IMG/VR virus record: IMGVR_UViG_3300025543_000001
Span: 533-64,532 of that record
Direction: 5' to 3' (one strand)
Length of the DNA: 64,000 bases
Origin: a virus
Lineage: Duplodnaviria > Caudoviricetes
Under the pieces are notes generated by a model. The model saw only the letters and a list, made by a program, of their open reading frames with translations. It was not told the origin of the DNA and ran no database searches. Position numbers and translations under genes: made by a program. Below, in pieces: positions 20,316 to 30,794 of the stretch (position 1 is its first letter; each line of letters opens with the position of its first letter).

Positions 20316-21002
20316 ATGATAAATTCGGTAAGGAATACAGTATTATCTATACTGAACAAGAATAATTTCGGGTATCTCTCTCCAGCAGATTTTAATCTAT
20401 ATGCCAAGCAGGCACAGCTCGAGATATTTGACCAGTACTTCTACGACTATAACTACCAGATTAACAAGGAGAATATCCGCCAGTCAGGAACGGGTTATGC
20501 CGATATAGCAAGAAGCCTGGAAGAGGTCATCGATACGTTCTCTACGGTAGCTAATTTTACTACCAATACGTTTGCTCTTCCAGCGGATTATTTTCTTCTC
20601 AATAAGCTACTCCCTACAGGAAGCAACTACGAGATGGAACAGGTGTCGAACTCAAAGATTAATCTTCTTCTTTCTTCATACCTTACCGCTCCTTCGCTAA
20701 GTTTTCCTGCATATGTGCAGAATGGAAATAACGCTACGGCATATCCTAATACTATCACCTCGGGAACGATTCAGTATATCCGTTACCCGCTAGAACCCAA
20801 CTGGACGTATTCAACCCTGACGGCAGGTGAGCCTGTATTTGACCAAGGTCAAGCTGACTACCAAGATTTTGAGTTGCCTGCTGATGACGAGCCTCGATTG
20901 GTCAATAAGATTTTACAGTACTCAGGGGTATCGATACGTGAGATGGATGTTGTGAATTATTCACTGGGACAAGAACAGCTAGACGACCAAGCAAGCAAGT
21001 AA
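20316..21002 (+). CDS. Tail tubular/ring (adaptor) protein
   Basis: MINSVRNTVLSILNK..GYLSP.DFNLYAKQAQ, LPADY, YIRYP..PNW motifs; position in tail module. Confidence 0.65.
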   Translation: MINSVRNTVLSILNKNNFGYLSPADFNLYAKQAQLEIFDQYFYDYNYQINKENIRQSGTGYADIARSLEEVIDTFSTVANFTTNTFALPADYFLLNKLLPTGSNYEMEQVSNSKINLLLSSYLTAPSLSFPAYVQNGNNATAYPNTITSGTIQYIRYPLEPNWTYSTLTAGEPVFDQGQADYQDFELPADDEPRLVNKILQYSGVSIREMDVVNYSLGQEQLDDQASK

Positions 21003-21003
21003 T

Positions 21004-21930
21004 ATGGCATACCTAACTCAATACCAATACTACGAGAACGCTGGAGCTTCGCCTGAAGACGCGAACTGGGGTTCATATCAATACGTGAGTTTGCGCGATA
21101 TCGTCAGCAACTACCAGCTTATGTACAGCGGTAATAACGAGCTGGTCAACGAGAAGTCTCGATATAAGATTCTGTTTCACGCTAAGCGGGCGATACAGGA
21201 GCTCAACTACGATGCGTTCAAAGAGATTAAGGTATTGCAGCTTAACGTATCGGACGACTTGCGGTTTATCCTTCCTAGTGACTATGTCAACTGGGTTCGG
21301 TTATCTATGTTTAAGAACGGAGTAGTATTCCCCTTGACTGAGAATATTCAAGTTACTAGCGCACAGGCTTACCTACAAGACTCCAACAACCGAATTTTAT
21401 TTGACGAGACAGGGGCTGCACTAAAGCCAGAGTTTTCGCCTATTGATGAGGCTAGGCTGAATAAGACTTTGAAGTCTATGTACCTCAACGAGAATAGTCC
21501 ATATAACGGCTACGAGGGGTGGTGTATCGATGGGATGTGGTATTTTGACTTCCCTGTTGGTGGCGCGGCATTTGGCCTCAATACAGAGACGGCTAACGCC
21601 AATCCTACGTTTCGTATTGACCCGAAGTCTGGAGTCATTAACTTTAGTTCGGTGATGTCGGGTGAGAGCTGCATATTGGAATATGTGAGCGATGGTATGG
21701 AGGGCGGTGATGACTCACTAATTACGGTAAACAAACTTTTCGAAGACTACGTTTATGCGTATATCTCCTACGCATTACTGAACTCACATATGGGTACACA
21801 GGAGTACGTAGTGAATCGCTCAAAGAAAAATAAATCTGCTTTACTTAGAAACGCAAAGATTCGTATTAGCAATATCCATCCTGGGCGCCTTTTGATGAAC
21901 TTGCGCGGACAAAATAAGTGGATTAAATAA
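21004..21930 (+). CDS. Tail ring/structural protein
   Basis: 308 aa; LPSDYVNWVR and ILEYVSDG motifs; tail module position. Confidence 0.65.
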   Translation: MAYLTQYQYYENAGASPEDANWGSYQYVSLRDIVSNYQLMYSGNNELVNEKSRYKILFHAKRAIQELNYDAFKEIKVLQLNVSDDLRFILPSDYVNWVRLSMFKNGVVFPLTENIQVTSAQAYLQDSNNRILFDETGAALKPEFSPIDEARLNKTLKSMYLNENSPYNGYEGWCIDGMWYFDFPVGGAAFGLNTETANANPTFRIDPKSGVINFSSVMSGESCILEYVSDGMEGGDDSLITVNKLFEDYVYAYISYALLNSHMGTQEYVVNRSKKNKSALLRNAKIRISNIHPGRLLMNLRGQNKWIK

Positions 21931-24900
21931 TGGGTAACGTAAAGAGACACTTTATCAAGGGGCGTATGAACAAGAGCGTCGACGAGCGTCTTGTTCCAAA
22001 CGGAGAGTATATCAACGCATTGAATGTGCGTCTCGGCTCTACAGAGGGGTCTGAAGTGGGTTCTGTAGAAAACTCCAAGGGCAATACTCAGCTCACTACC
22101 TTACAGTACAAAGGCGTTGATTTAAGCGACTCGGCTCAGTGCATCGGTTCATTTGAGGACGGTGTTAATGAGACCATTTACTGGTTTATCCACGACGGTG
22201 CTAACGCCACTTCTTCTACAGGGGTAGTAGATATGATTGTCTCGTACAACACCAATAGCGACCTTCTTGTATACCACGTAGTCAGCACCAGTATACTTAG
22301 CTTCAACCCTACGTTTCTCATTACTGGCGTTAACAAGGTTGAGGACCTATTGTTCTTTACGGACGACACCAACCCTCCACGTAAGATTAATGTCACGAGA
22401 AGCTATCTCGAGCCAACGGCAGGTCACGTCGACCAGATTACGGAGGACGATATTTCGGTCATTAAGAAGCCACCAAGAAAAGCTCCTACGCTTCAACTTA
22501 TAGATGTACCTGGTGAAGAGAATTATCTGGAAACTAATTTCATTTCGTTTTCGTACCGATACAAGTACATAGACAACGAGTATAGTGCGCTTTCGCAGTT
22601 TACCGATGTGGCCTTTGAGAGCAGTCCGTTTAGTTTAGACCCTGACACTAACTTTAACGACGGGATGCTTAACCGCTATAACACAGCGGTAGTGGGCGTT
22701 AATACTGGCGGGGCAGACGTAATTGGCATTGACATATGCTTTAAGCTGGGTAACGACTCCGACGTGCGGGTAATGCAGAAGTATATTAAGGAAGAGTCTG
22801 GATGGCCTGATGGTGTGGTGCAAACCGTCAACTTCACTAACCAGCAGATATATACGCTGCTGCCTTCATCCGAGATATTGCGACTATACGACAACGTACC
22901 TCTCGTTGCTCAGGCTCAGACCGTTATGGGGAACCGCTTGATGTATGGTAACTACGAGGATGGCTATGACTTGACTACCGCTACAGGGGGGCGTATTGAC
23001 ACCAACTATACGGTGGAGCGAATTTCTCAAAATCTTACTACAACTTTAAGTTTAGGTTCGCAAAACAACGGAGTTGATTACACGATAGATACAGCGTCTA
23101 CCGTTACAGTCACTAACTCAGATGCTTTTATAGATTTTTCTGATATTGGTCAAGAGCTAAAAGAAGGGGGTGTATTTGGATTTGGATTTACCGTTTCGCA
23201 TCAGGGTTTTTCTGGTTCAGGACAAGCTAGTACCCCTATAACGGTTAACCACCCTACATTTACGATATCGTTCGTTTTTAATCTACCTCAAGATTACAAT
23301 AGCATATATGAAATGGTTAATAGCCCCGAGTTTCAAGCTCAGTTGGGTTCTAATCTATCAGCTAGCTTTCAACCTGTAGCGAACTGTTCTAGCGGAAGCA
23401 CCTTTACCGATGTGTACAACTGCTCTATCACAGCCCCTTCAGGCTATACGTTAGTCACTACAGGTATTACAGACGGGTCTCAGGGGGTTTTCCTATCTAG
23501 CGAACAAGCTAATGTGGATGAGTTTTCTGTACAGATACTGGCTGCTCAGTACAACAATACCGCAACACCTAATAATCAGTACTTTGAGTATTTTTCTGTT
23601 AGTAACGTAACGTTCTCGTATCAGACCGAGCCCAGTAATAAAAGCCTTCATAGCAATCGAGACTATGAGGTTGGTATTGTCTATATGGACAAATATAAAA
23701 GGGCTACTACAACCCTTACCTCTTCTCAAAATACCGTTTTTGTTCCGCCTGTTAATAGCTCAACTATAAACAGGATTCGTACTACAATACCTATTAATAT
23801 GACAGCTCCTAGCTGGGCTGACACGTATAAATTTGTACTAAAACAATCTAGAGGAGCCTACGACACGATATACTCTACGACGTATTATTATGACCCGAGC
23901 ACCACGTCTTATTGGTTTCGACTGGTAGGACAAGACCAAGCGCTGGTAGAGTCGGGTACTGAGCTTATTGTAAAAACAGACGCTAATGGTACTGTGGCTG
24001 ACGAGGTTAAAGTAACCGTACTGGACAAGGTGTCTCAACCCACAAACTTTCTCCATCTACTTCAGGACTCCTCAGATATACTAGAGGTCCCTGGTTTGTA
24101 TATGCGTTTACGCGCTCAAGATTTTAGCATTGACACTAGCGTCAATAACTTATGTTACCCCACAGTAGTATCAAAAGCTCCACTTTCTTTTGCGGGAAGT
24201 GTAAACGTAAACTCCACAACAACAGAAAATTATATCTTTGGACAAGCGATAGTTAACTATCCTTGCTTTACTACGTCGGGGGGTGCTTATACTAGGATTC
24301 CTATAGCTCAGGGGTCTGTTGTAAGAATAAAAATAAAGTTTAGGAAAGATGACCTTGGTTTATGCGGCTTAAGCAACGGAGCTCAGTTTTGTAGGGTAAC
24401 AAAAACCTTTACTGCTAGCCAGACATATACTGATATTAAAGCTTTCTGGGATGGAGAGGGGCTAGGGGCTATTATTCCTAACTCTATGAATTGTGAGGTG
24501 GAGTGCCAGAGTAGTGATGGTCAAAACCAAAATAATTATCTATCTAATCTCTACTCTACTACTGCTGGGTCTGATTCCCTAATGGTGTCCACTGCCTTGG
24601 GTGTAAATCAAATGTTTTTTTATGAGATTTCTGATGACCCATCACCAGATGCTAATAAAAGACTTTACTTACGCTGCGTAAATGGAACTCGTACGGATGC
24701 TAATTCGTTCAATACAGCTAACTCCACTGTTAAAGTAGAGATATGCGTTCAAGAGCCAGGAAGTCTTGTGGTTTTTGAAACGGTACCTAATGAAATTGCT
24801 GACGGTGTCTTTTTTGAGGGGAGTGAGAACTATGATATCGTAAATGGATACCATCAAGGCAACATCGTAAATCAAGACGCCACGACGGAGGGTGTAGTAG

Positions 24901-27395
24901 AGCTTGACTTTTTCAATTGTTATGCTTTTGGAAATGGTGTTGAAAGCTATAAGATTGAGGACTCCTCTATCGGACAGTCATTTGCTTTAGGCGAGCGAAC
25001 CATACTGGTATCTGCTCAGGACTTCAAGCGGGCAGACCGCTTTGCCGACATCACGTACAGCGGCGTTTATAATGACGAGAGCAACGTAAATAAACTCAAC
25101 GAGTTCAACCTTGGCCTGCTTAACTTCAAGACTTTAGAAGATGTCTATGGCCCTGTTCAAAAGATGGTGGCTCGCGAGACGGACATACTGGTCTTGCAGG
25201 AAGACCGTATTTCTTACGTGCTCACCAATAAAGATGCAATTACAGATGCTGAGGGCGGCAATATCTTGACGGCAGCTCCTTTGATTTTAGGACAGCAGGT
25301 AGCTCGAGTAGAGGAGTATGGTATCTCAGCTAACCCTGAAAGCTACGCTGAGTTCGGTATGGATAAATACTTTACTGACGCTAAGCGAGGTTCTGTCATT
25401 CAGTTGCGCGGCTCTAGCTTCAGTAACGAGCAGCTCTCTGTGGTTTCTCAAGCGGGTATGCGCAGTTACTTCAGGGATTTATTCAACGCTAAGTTCAACA
25501 CCCAGAAGCTCGGTGGTTATGACCCATATATGGATGAGTATGTGGTATCATCAAATGAGAACAAGCTTCCCGTTGAAACGGCTTGTGTGAATTGCGATAT
25601 TAGCCAGACCATTAACTTGGCGGCGGCGGGAGACACCTCTGAGTTTTGCGTCAATTTGGGTGGGGTAGTGGGAGATGTAGTTATTGGATGGAACACACCA
25701 GCACTGGGGCCTGGGGCAGGAGCCACTACATTTAGTATAAACGCTAACTATAACGGAACCGATTACCCTAGTGGAAATATAACTACCGCAGGCACGTTAA
25801 CCATTTCCAAAGACTCTGTCAATCCTAACACAGTGGCTATTGTTGTGACGGCTAACGGTGGTTCGGTAAGCAACTTAAACTTCACTGTAAACTGCCCTGT
25901 AGGCAATGAACTTAAAATTATACAGGTAGCCCTGAATTTAAACTGGCAGCAAGCTAAGACCATACATAATGAGTTCCGATTTGTGGATGGCACAACTGAA
26001 AGCAATACCTATAACCAAGGCGTTATATTCGGAACGGGAACTGAGCCTGTAGTGTCTCAATACCAAGAGCTTACGGGGCTGCAAGGCACTACGGTATTCC
26101 CACCCAACGGGTCTACAGTATATGTTCAGGTAAGGAAGCAATCGGGCGATACGTTTAATTACGACCCAACCGCTTCTTCGTCTAATAAGTTGCAATACTT
26201 GCGTAGCAACACGCTCTATGAAAATAACCCTACTGACATAGCCGCCTTGCTGTCTGCTTCATCATCAAATGTATTGTCTGTAACTCCTAACACTTTAGGC
26301 TCACTCCTATACACAGGCGACTTTACGATGCCTAATAATTCCAATGATTACCTGTATCTTATTTATGACTACAGGTTAGCTCAATCCGCAGAGCTGTGCT
26401 CAGGGGCTACTAGCGCGGGAGCTTGTTGTAGCTGCGGTGCTTTGACCACCTTTTATTTAGACTCTAGTAACCTAAGTTCAGCAACATCGGTATATACTGA
26501 TGAAGGATTAACGACGCTTGCACCTAACCAGTTTTATTCTCAGCTAGTAAATGAAAATAATATAGTTCGTCAGCAGTCGGCAGGTGTCCTTTTACCAGCT
26601 ACATCGTGCGCTTCGTGCGACAGGAAATGTACTGACCCTGACCCTGTTCCTGCGCCTACTACTCCTGCTTTATCGCCGCGTCAGGTATATGATATCACAT
26701 ATGATTTGGCTTCGGGAGTTGGTGTAGTGCCTATTCGTTTTACGCCTGGGGGCGGTACGGGAATTTTTGCTACTTATAACAATGCAGTTACGAGTGATTC
26801 TAGCGCTACTAATCTCCTCAACACTCAAAACCCTGCTCACTCTTATTTTGAGGGGCCTTATTACGGTGATGACTCGGTATGTAATCCTCCTACAGGCATT
26901 AATATACTCCCTCTATACAACTGGGATGAAATAAACGAGGACTTTGATAATAGCAGCAGCACGGTGCCTATTAACATACAAGCCAGTGCCCTTACGAGCT
27001 TGACTACAGGGGCTGCTGGCAGCTATGTGCTTTATGTGTCTAAGACGAGCGCTACACCTTCAACTATGGACTTGAGGATTGTAAGCGCTTGTTCAACGGG
27101 CGTTCCTAACTGGTCGGTAGATGTGGATTGCCCTCGTATATTGACTGGTTTTGCTTCAAGCGCTAAAGCTAGTACTGAGGTAGACATATGCAATTCTATT
27201 ATTAACTCTACGCTTTATAACTTACCCGTGACAAACCCTAATGCATTTGGTATTCCTGCCGTTCGCGACTGGGTGTTTAAAGACAACCTCGGTGAGGATG
27301 TAGCTGACGACGGTTATTATAAGTTAAGTGGTGGCTCAATAGGATGTACCTATATCAGAGTTGTAAATGGGGTTATCGCATCAAAAACAAACTAA
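21930..27395 (+). CDS. Tail stabilisation/nozzle-like protein with C-terminal Cys-containing extension
   Basis: GRMNKSVDERLVPNGEY..ALN, LFFTDD.NPPRKIN, GNRLMYGNY, YGIS.NPES, GGYDPY motifs. Confidence 0.7.
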   Translation: MGNVKRHFIKGRMNKSVDERLVPNGEYINALNVRLGSTEGSEVGSVENSKGNTQLTTLQYKGVDLSDSAQCIGSFEDGVNETIYWFIHDGANATSSTGVVDMIVSYNTNSDLLVYHVVSTSILSFNPTFLITGVNKVEDLLFFTDDTNPPRKINVTRSYLEPTAGHVDQITEDDISVIKKPPRKAPTLQLIDVPGEENYLETNFISFSYRYKYIDNEYSALSQFTDVAFESSPFSLDPDTNFNDGMLNRYNTAVVGVNTGGADVIGIDICFKLGNDSDVRVMQKYIKEESGWPDGVVQTVNFTNQQIYTLLPSSEILRLYDNVPLVAQAQTVMGNRLMYGNYEDGYDLTTATGGRIDTNYTVERISQNLTTTLSLGSQNNGVDYTIDTASTVTVTNSDAFIDFSDIGQELKEGGVFGFGFTVSHQGFSGSGQASTPITVNHPTFTISFVFNLPQDYNSIYEMVNSPEFQAQLGSNLSASFQPVANCSSGSTFTDVYNCSITAPSGYTLVTTGITDGSQGVFLSSEQANVDEFSVQILAAQYNNTATPNNQYFEYFSVSNVTFSYQTEPSNKSLHSNRDYEVGIVYMDKYKRATTTLTSSQNTVFVPPVNSSTINRIRTTIPINMTAPSWADTYKFVLKQSRGAYDTIYSTTYYYDPSTTSYWFRLVGQDQALVESGTELIVKTDANGTVADEVKVTVLDKVSQPTNFLHLLQDSSDILEVPGLYMRLRAQDFSIDTSVNNLCYPTVVSKAPLSFAGSVNVNSTTTENYIFGQAIVNYPCFTTSGGAYTRIPIAQGSVVRIKIKFRKDDLGLCGLSNGAQFCRVTKTFTASQTYTDIKAFWDGEGLGAIIPNSMNCEVECQSSDGQNQNNYLSNLYSTTAGSDSLMVSTALGVNQMFFYEISDDPSPDANKRLYLRCVNGTRTDANSFNTANSTVKVEICVQEPGSLVVFETVPNEIADGVFFEGSENYDIVNGYHQGNIVNQDATTEGVVELDFFNCYAFGNGVESYKIEDSSIGQSFALGERTILVSAQDFKRADRFADITYSGVYNDESNVNKLNEFNLGLLNFKTLEDVYGPVQKMVARETDILVLQEDRISYVLTNKDAITDAEGGNILTAAPLILGQQVARVEEYGISANPESYAEFGMDKYFTDAKRGSVIQLRGSSFSNEQLSVVSQAGMRSYFRDLFNAKFNTQKLGGYDPYMDEYVVSSNENKLPVETACVNCDISQTINLAAAGDTSEFCVNLGGVVGDVVIGWNTPALGPGAGATTFSINANYNGTDYPSGNITTAGTLTISKDSVNPNTVAIVVTANGGSVSNLNFTVNCPVGNELKIIQVALNLNWQQAKTIHNEFRFVDGTTESNTYNQGVIFGTGTEPVVSQYQELTGLQGTTVFPPNGSTVYVQVRKQSGDTFNYDPTASSSNKLQYLRSNTLYENNPTDIAALLSASSSNVLSVTPNTLGSLLYTGDFTMPNNSNDYLYLIYDYRLAQSAELCSGATSAGACCSCGALTTFYLDSSNLSSATSVYTDEGLTTLAPNQFYSQLVNENNIVRQQSAGVLLPATSCASCDRKCTDPDPVPAPTTPALSPRQVYDITYDLASGVGVVPIRFTPGGGTGIFATYNNAVTSDSSATNLLNTQNPAHSYFEGPYYGDDSVCNPPTGINILPLYNWDEINEDFDNSSSTVPINIQASALTSLTTGAAGSYVLYVSKTSATPSTMDLRIVSACSTGVPNWSVDVDCPRILTGFASSAKASTEVDICNSIINSTLYNLPVTNPNAFGIPAVRDWVFKDNLGEDVADDGYYKLSGGSIGCTYIRVVNGVIASKTN

Positions 27396-28168
27396 TGGCT
27401 GAGACGTTAACATATTCACAGGACGTAAAGGGATGGCCTTCGTTCTACTCATATATACCTGAGTGGATGGCTGGTATGAACAACTACTTCTACTCTTTCA
27501 AGGGAGGTAATCTGTACAGGCATAACACCAATGAGGTGCGCAACCAGTACTACGGGGTAAATTACTCATCGCAGATGACCAGTATCTTCAATGACAACCC
27601 GACGGACAACAGCCTTTGGAAGACGATGGAGCTGGAGTCGGACCAGGCTTGGGAGATAGAGCTGGAGACAGACATCCAAAACGGGTATATTGATGAGGCG
27701 TGGTTTGAAAAGAAGGAGGCTGTGTTTTTTGCGTTTGTCCGAAACCCTGATGGTGAGAACGGCGAGCCCGCCTTGACGATTGACCCTTCGCAGTATGTCC
27801 TACGCTCGGTTAACGGCATTGGCTCTAATACCACTGTAGCGGCTGGAGTCATCACCTTTGGTTTCCCTATAAGCAGCATCTTATCTATTGGAGATATCCT
27901 GTACACTATAAACCCCACTACCCCAGGCGTCCCTTTGTTAGTTGGTCCTGTCACTGCTTTCTCAGCGGATAGAACCGAGGTCAGCTTTACGTTGTCGGCA
28001 AGTGGAATAAACCCGCAGGACACGTGGTATATGATGGGCGTAAAGAACGCACAGGCAGAATCCCACGGGGTACTCGGACACTACTGCAAGTTTATCGCGA
28101 CCAACTCATCGACTACTGCTACGGAACTTTTCGTAGTAGAAAGCCAGATGATGAAATCGTATCCTTGA
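27395..28168 (+). CDS. Tail protein, likely the separated C-terminal part of the stabilisation protein
   Basis: TAATG-coupled start MAETLTYSQDVKGWPSFYSY (ORF track start 27344 is probably too early). Confidence 0.7.
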   Translation: MAETLTYSQDVKGWPSFYSYIPEWMAGMNNYFYSFKGGNLYRHNTNEVRNQYYGVNYSSQMTSIFNDNPTDNSLWKTMELESDQAWEIELETDIQNGYIDEAWFEKKEAVFFAFVRNPDGENGEPALTIDPSQYVLRSVNGIGSNTTVAAGVITFGFPISSILSIGDILYTINPTTPGVPLLVGPVTAFSADRTEVSFTLSASGINPQDTWYMMGVKNAQAESHGVLGHYCKFIATNSSTTATELFVVESQMMKSYP

Positions 28169-28175
28169 TTCTAAT

Positions 28176-28183
28176 TATCTTTG
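28176..28183 (+). promoter_or_regulatory. Bacteroidota-type -7 promoter element
   Basis: TATCTTTG 16 nt before ATG 28200. Confidence 0.6.
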
Positions 28184-28199
28184 ACTAAACATAAATCTT

Positions 28200-29018
28200 A
28201 TGGCATTTGTAACAGCAGCACTACAGTTAGCTTCGGCGGGCGTAAGTACGTACCAAGCCATTGAGGCTAACCGTCGCATTAAAGACGCTCAGAAAGCCGC
28301 TCAGAGAGCGACGCGCGAGGCAAAACGCCTCACTGAGATTAACCCTATGCAGGAGCTTTCTGTCCCTACAGAAGCCTATATGCAGGCACGAGAGAGCCAG
28401 CAGCGATTGATGGCTCAGCAAGTACAGGCAGCACAGGAGGCTGACCCGAGGGGTGCGGCACGTAGCGCGGGACTCGCTGTCGGTGGTAGCCTCGCTTTAG
28501 AAGACGAGTTGCGGTCGGCTCAGGAAATGATGCAATACAGAAGGGATATAGCTGTAAAAGGTCAGGACGTAGCTAATATAGCCGCTCGACGAGGTATCGC
28601 GGAGGCGGAGGCTGCTGGAGCTCAGCAAGCTGCTGCTGACTCACAGGCGGCTCGAGCTGCCGCTATCACCTCGGGAGCTGAGATGCTAGCTGGTGTAGGA
28701 GCTACGATTGACGCTGGTCAGGCGTTGTATAAGCAAGGGCGTGGCTCTAAGATGATTGGTAAAGAATTACAGGGAGATATGCGAAATGAGTTCCTAGCAC
28801 AAGCCACTCCTGTATTACAGCAACAGATGCTTGGTATGTCAGCTGGTCAACGTGAACAGTTCGCTCGACAATATGGCCTTGACCTAGATACTATGCAGTC
28901 AGCTTTAGGAGAAGATGGTAACTTCGGTGATTTCTTAGGCTCACTCGGTGGTCTAACACAGCAAGAGCTTTTGAGTCAGGGGTTAACGATAGACCAGATA
29001 AAAGCCGCTAGGAAATGA
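28200..29018 (+). CDS. Putative internal virion/ejection protein
   Basis: A/Q/G-rich helical protein with hydrophobic N-terminus, after tail genes. Confidence 0.6.
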   Translation: MAFVTAALQLASAGVSTYQAIEANRRIKDAQKAAQRATREAKRLTEINPMQELSVPTEAYMQARESQQRLMAQQVQAAQEADPRGAARSAGLAVGGSLALEDELRSAQEMMQYRRDIAVKGQDVANIAARRGIAEAEAAGAQQAAADSQAARAAAITSGAEMLAGVGATIDAGQALYKQGRGSKMIGKELQGDMRNEFLAQATPVLQQQMLGMSAGQREQFARQYGLDLDTMQSALGEDGNFGDFLGSLGGLTQQELLSQGLTIDQIKAARK

Positions 29019-30787
29019 GCTACTATAAGTACGTAAAGAGAGACGAGAAGAGCAGGGTAGACTGGGGTGCTATTACTAGCAACCTTGTTGATACGCTAAA
29101 AGAGCAGGAGGCGGACCGCGAGAAACAACGTGAGGCCATTGACGCTTCGTCTCGGGCTACAGGAGATATCTTGTCCGATGCTCCGCAGGGGGAAAATAAA
29201 GCTGCCAACGAGTGGATTCTAAACGCTTCGTCTGACGCCTCTCAGTACTTAATGTCTCAGAACCGACTGCTAAAGTCTGGTCTCCTTGACCCTCGTGAGT
29301 TTACTGTCAACCGACAAAACGTAGAGGATAGCTTCAAGGCTTTGCAGGATGTATCTAAAAATGCTCAACAGTATTACAAGGAGACAATGGACCGCATTGA
29401 GAACAATGAGTCTATCGTCGGTATGGAGGGGGCAATACAGGAGCAGCTCAATAAGTTTCAGAACTGGTCTAAGACACAGGCGTTTGTGAATCCTACCAAC
29501 GGAAAGATTAGCATAGGTATGCTTGATAAAGATGGTGGTCTCTCTAAAAACGCTTCCGAGTTTAGCAGCATTGAAGGCATTACCAATCGTATGCGCTCTC
29601 GTTATGACAGGTATGATTACTCACCAGACCTACAAAGCTGGATAGACGGAGTCGGTAAAGACGTAAGGGTAGTTCGTAAAAAAGGTGTACTAACCCTTTC
29701 TGACGCTAGTCAAGACGCTGGATTCCAAACAGCGCTTGATGAGCAAGTGGGAGCTCTTGTTGATAGCAATCCCATTCGCGTTGTAAGTATACTAGAGGAG
29801 CTTGGACTTATCGATGGCTATGACATTGACGGGGAAAATACCACGCAGAAAGGCGATAAGTTCAATGTAGCTATGAAGAATGAGAACGACGGCATTGTTA
29901 TGCCAGAGGTTACTGATGATATGAAAGCCAAGGCTCGTGAGTTCTTAAGTGGGCAGATGCTTAATATGCTTGACAAGGAGCAGACGGCTATGCCAGAGGA
30001 CAGGGCTGCACAAGCCTTTAACAGGGTGCGAAATGCGGGCGCTAAAGATGACGCTGCTGTATTGGATGCGGTAGGGCTTTTGTACTCGGGTAGTAAAAAT
30101 GATATTGACTCTGCCGTTAAGTCACTTGCTGGTTTGAACCCTAATATTCAAAGTATACAGCGAACTAATAGAGGAGTTACGGTTATTTACAAAAATGGCG
30201 ACGCGTCAGACCTGCCGTTCTATAAAACAGATGGCGACGGAAACGTTATAGCAGGTCCTGAGTTTTTGATAGACGGTAGAAACTGGACTACTGGCGCCGC
30301 TGGTTTGATTACTGGGATTACAGAGAAGAATTACAATAAGATAGCTGAGGAATCTAGCTGGAATCCTATGTACGATGAATTTACCGTAGCTAAAGTTTTC
30401 GAGCCTTATGATGAATCGGAAGCAACGTTTGGGTTCTCCTATGGAACTACTGCTAAGGACCCGCTGAAAGCTGTTCAAGATATAAAGGCTGGCGTTACTG
30501 CTGAGCTCTTTGCGTCTGATGACGAAGATACCGTAGCCAACAGTGTCAGTGAAGTGGTCAGCAAGTTAGGGTTTAATGTAGAGGGTGTTGGTCTTATTCG
30601 GGATGTGATAAAGGTTACAAACCCCGTTACAGGGGAATCGGTAGAGATTAAAACTTCGGATAGCGAAGCCGCTAAAAACAACTTATTGTCATTCATAAAT
30701 AGCCAGGTAGCGACAGCAGAGGATATAATGAGAGTAAATTTGCAGTCAGGAGGAACGGGGACTATAGACTACAGCACTTTTAATTAA
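29015..30787 (+). CDS. Putative internal virion/ejection protein
   Basis: 590 aa between small and giant ejection-type genes. Confidence 0.6.
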   Translation: MSYYKYVKRDEKSRVDWGAITSNLVDTLKEQEADREKQREAIDASSRATGDILSDAPQGENKAANEWILNASSDASQYLMSQNRLLKSGLLDPREFTVNRQNVEDSFKALQDVSKNAQQYYKETMDRIENNESIVGMEGAIQEQLNKFQNWSKTQAFVNPTNGKISIGMLDKDGGLSKNASEFSSIEGITNRMRSRYDRYDYSPDLQSWIDGVGKDVRVVRKKGVLTLSDASQDAGFQTALDEQVGALVDSNPIRVVSILEELGLIDGYDIDGENTTQKGDKFNVAMKNENDGIVMPEVTDDMKAKAREFLSGQMLNMLDKEQTAMPEDRAAQAFNRVRNAGAKDDAAVLDAVGLLYSGSKNDIDSAVKSLAGLNPNIQSIQRTNRGVTVIYKNGDASDLPFYKTDGDGNVIAGPEFLIDGRNWTTGAAGLITGITEKNYNKIAEESSWNPMYDEFTVAKVFEPYDESEATFGFSYGTTAKDPLKAVQDIKAGVTAELFASDDEDTVANSVSEVVSKLGFNVEGVGLIRDVIKVTNPVTGESVEIKTSDSEAAKNNLLSFINSQVATAEDIMRVNLQSGGTGTIDYSTFN

Positions 30788-30794
30788 CTAAGAG

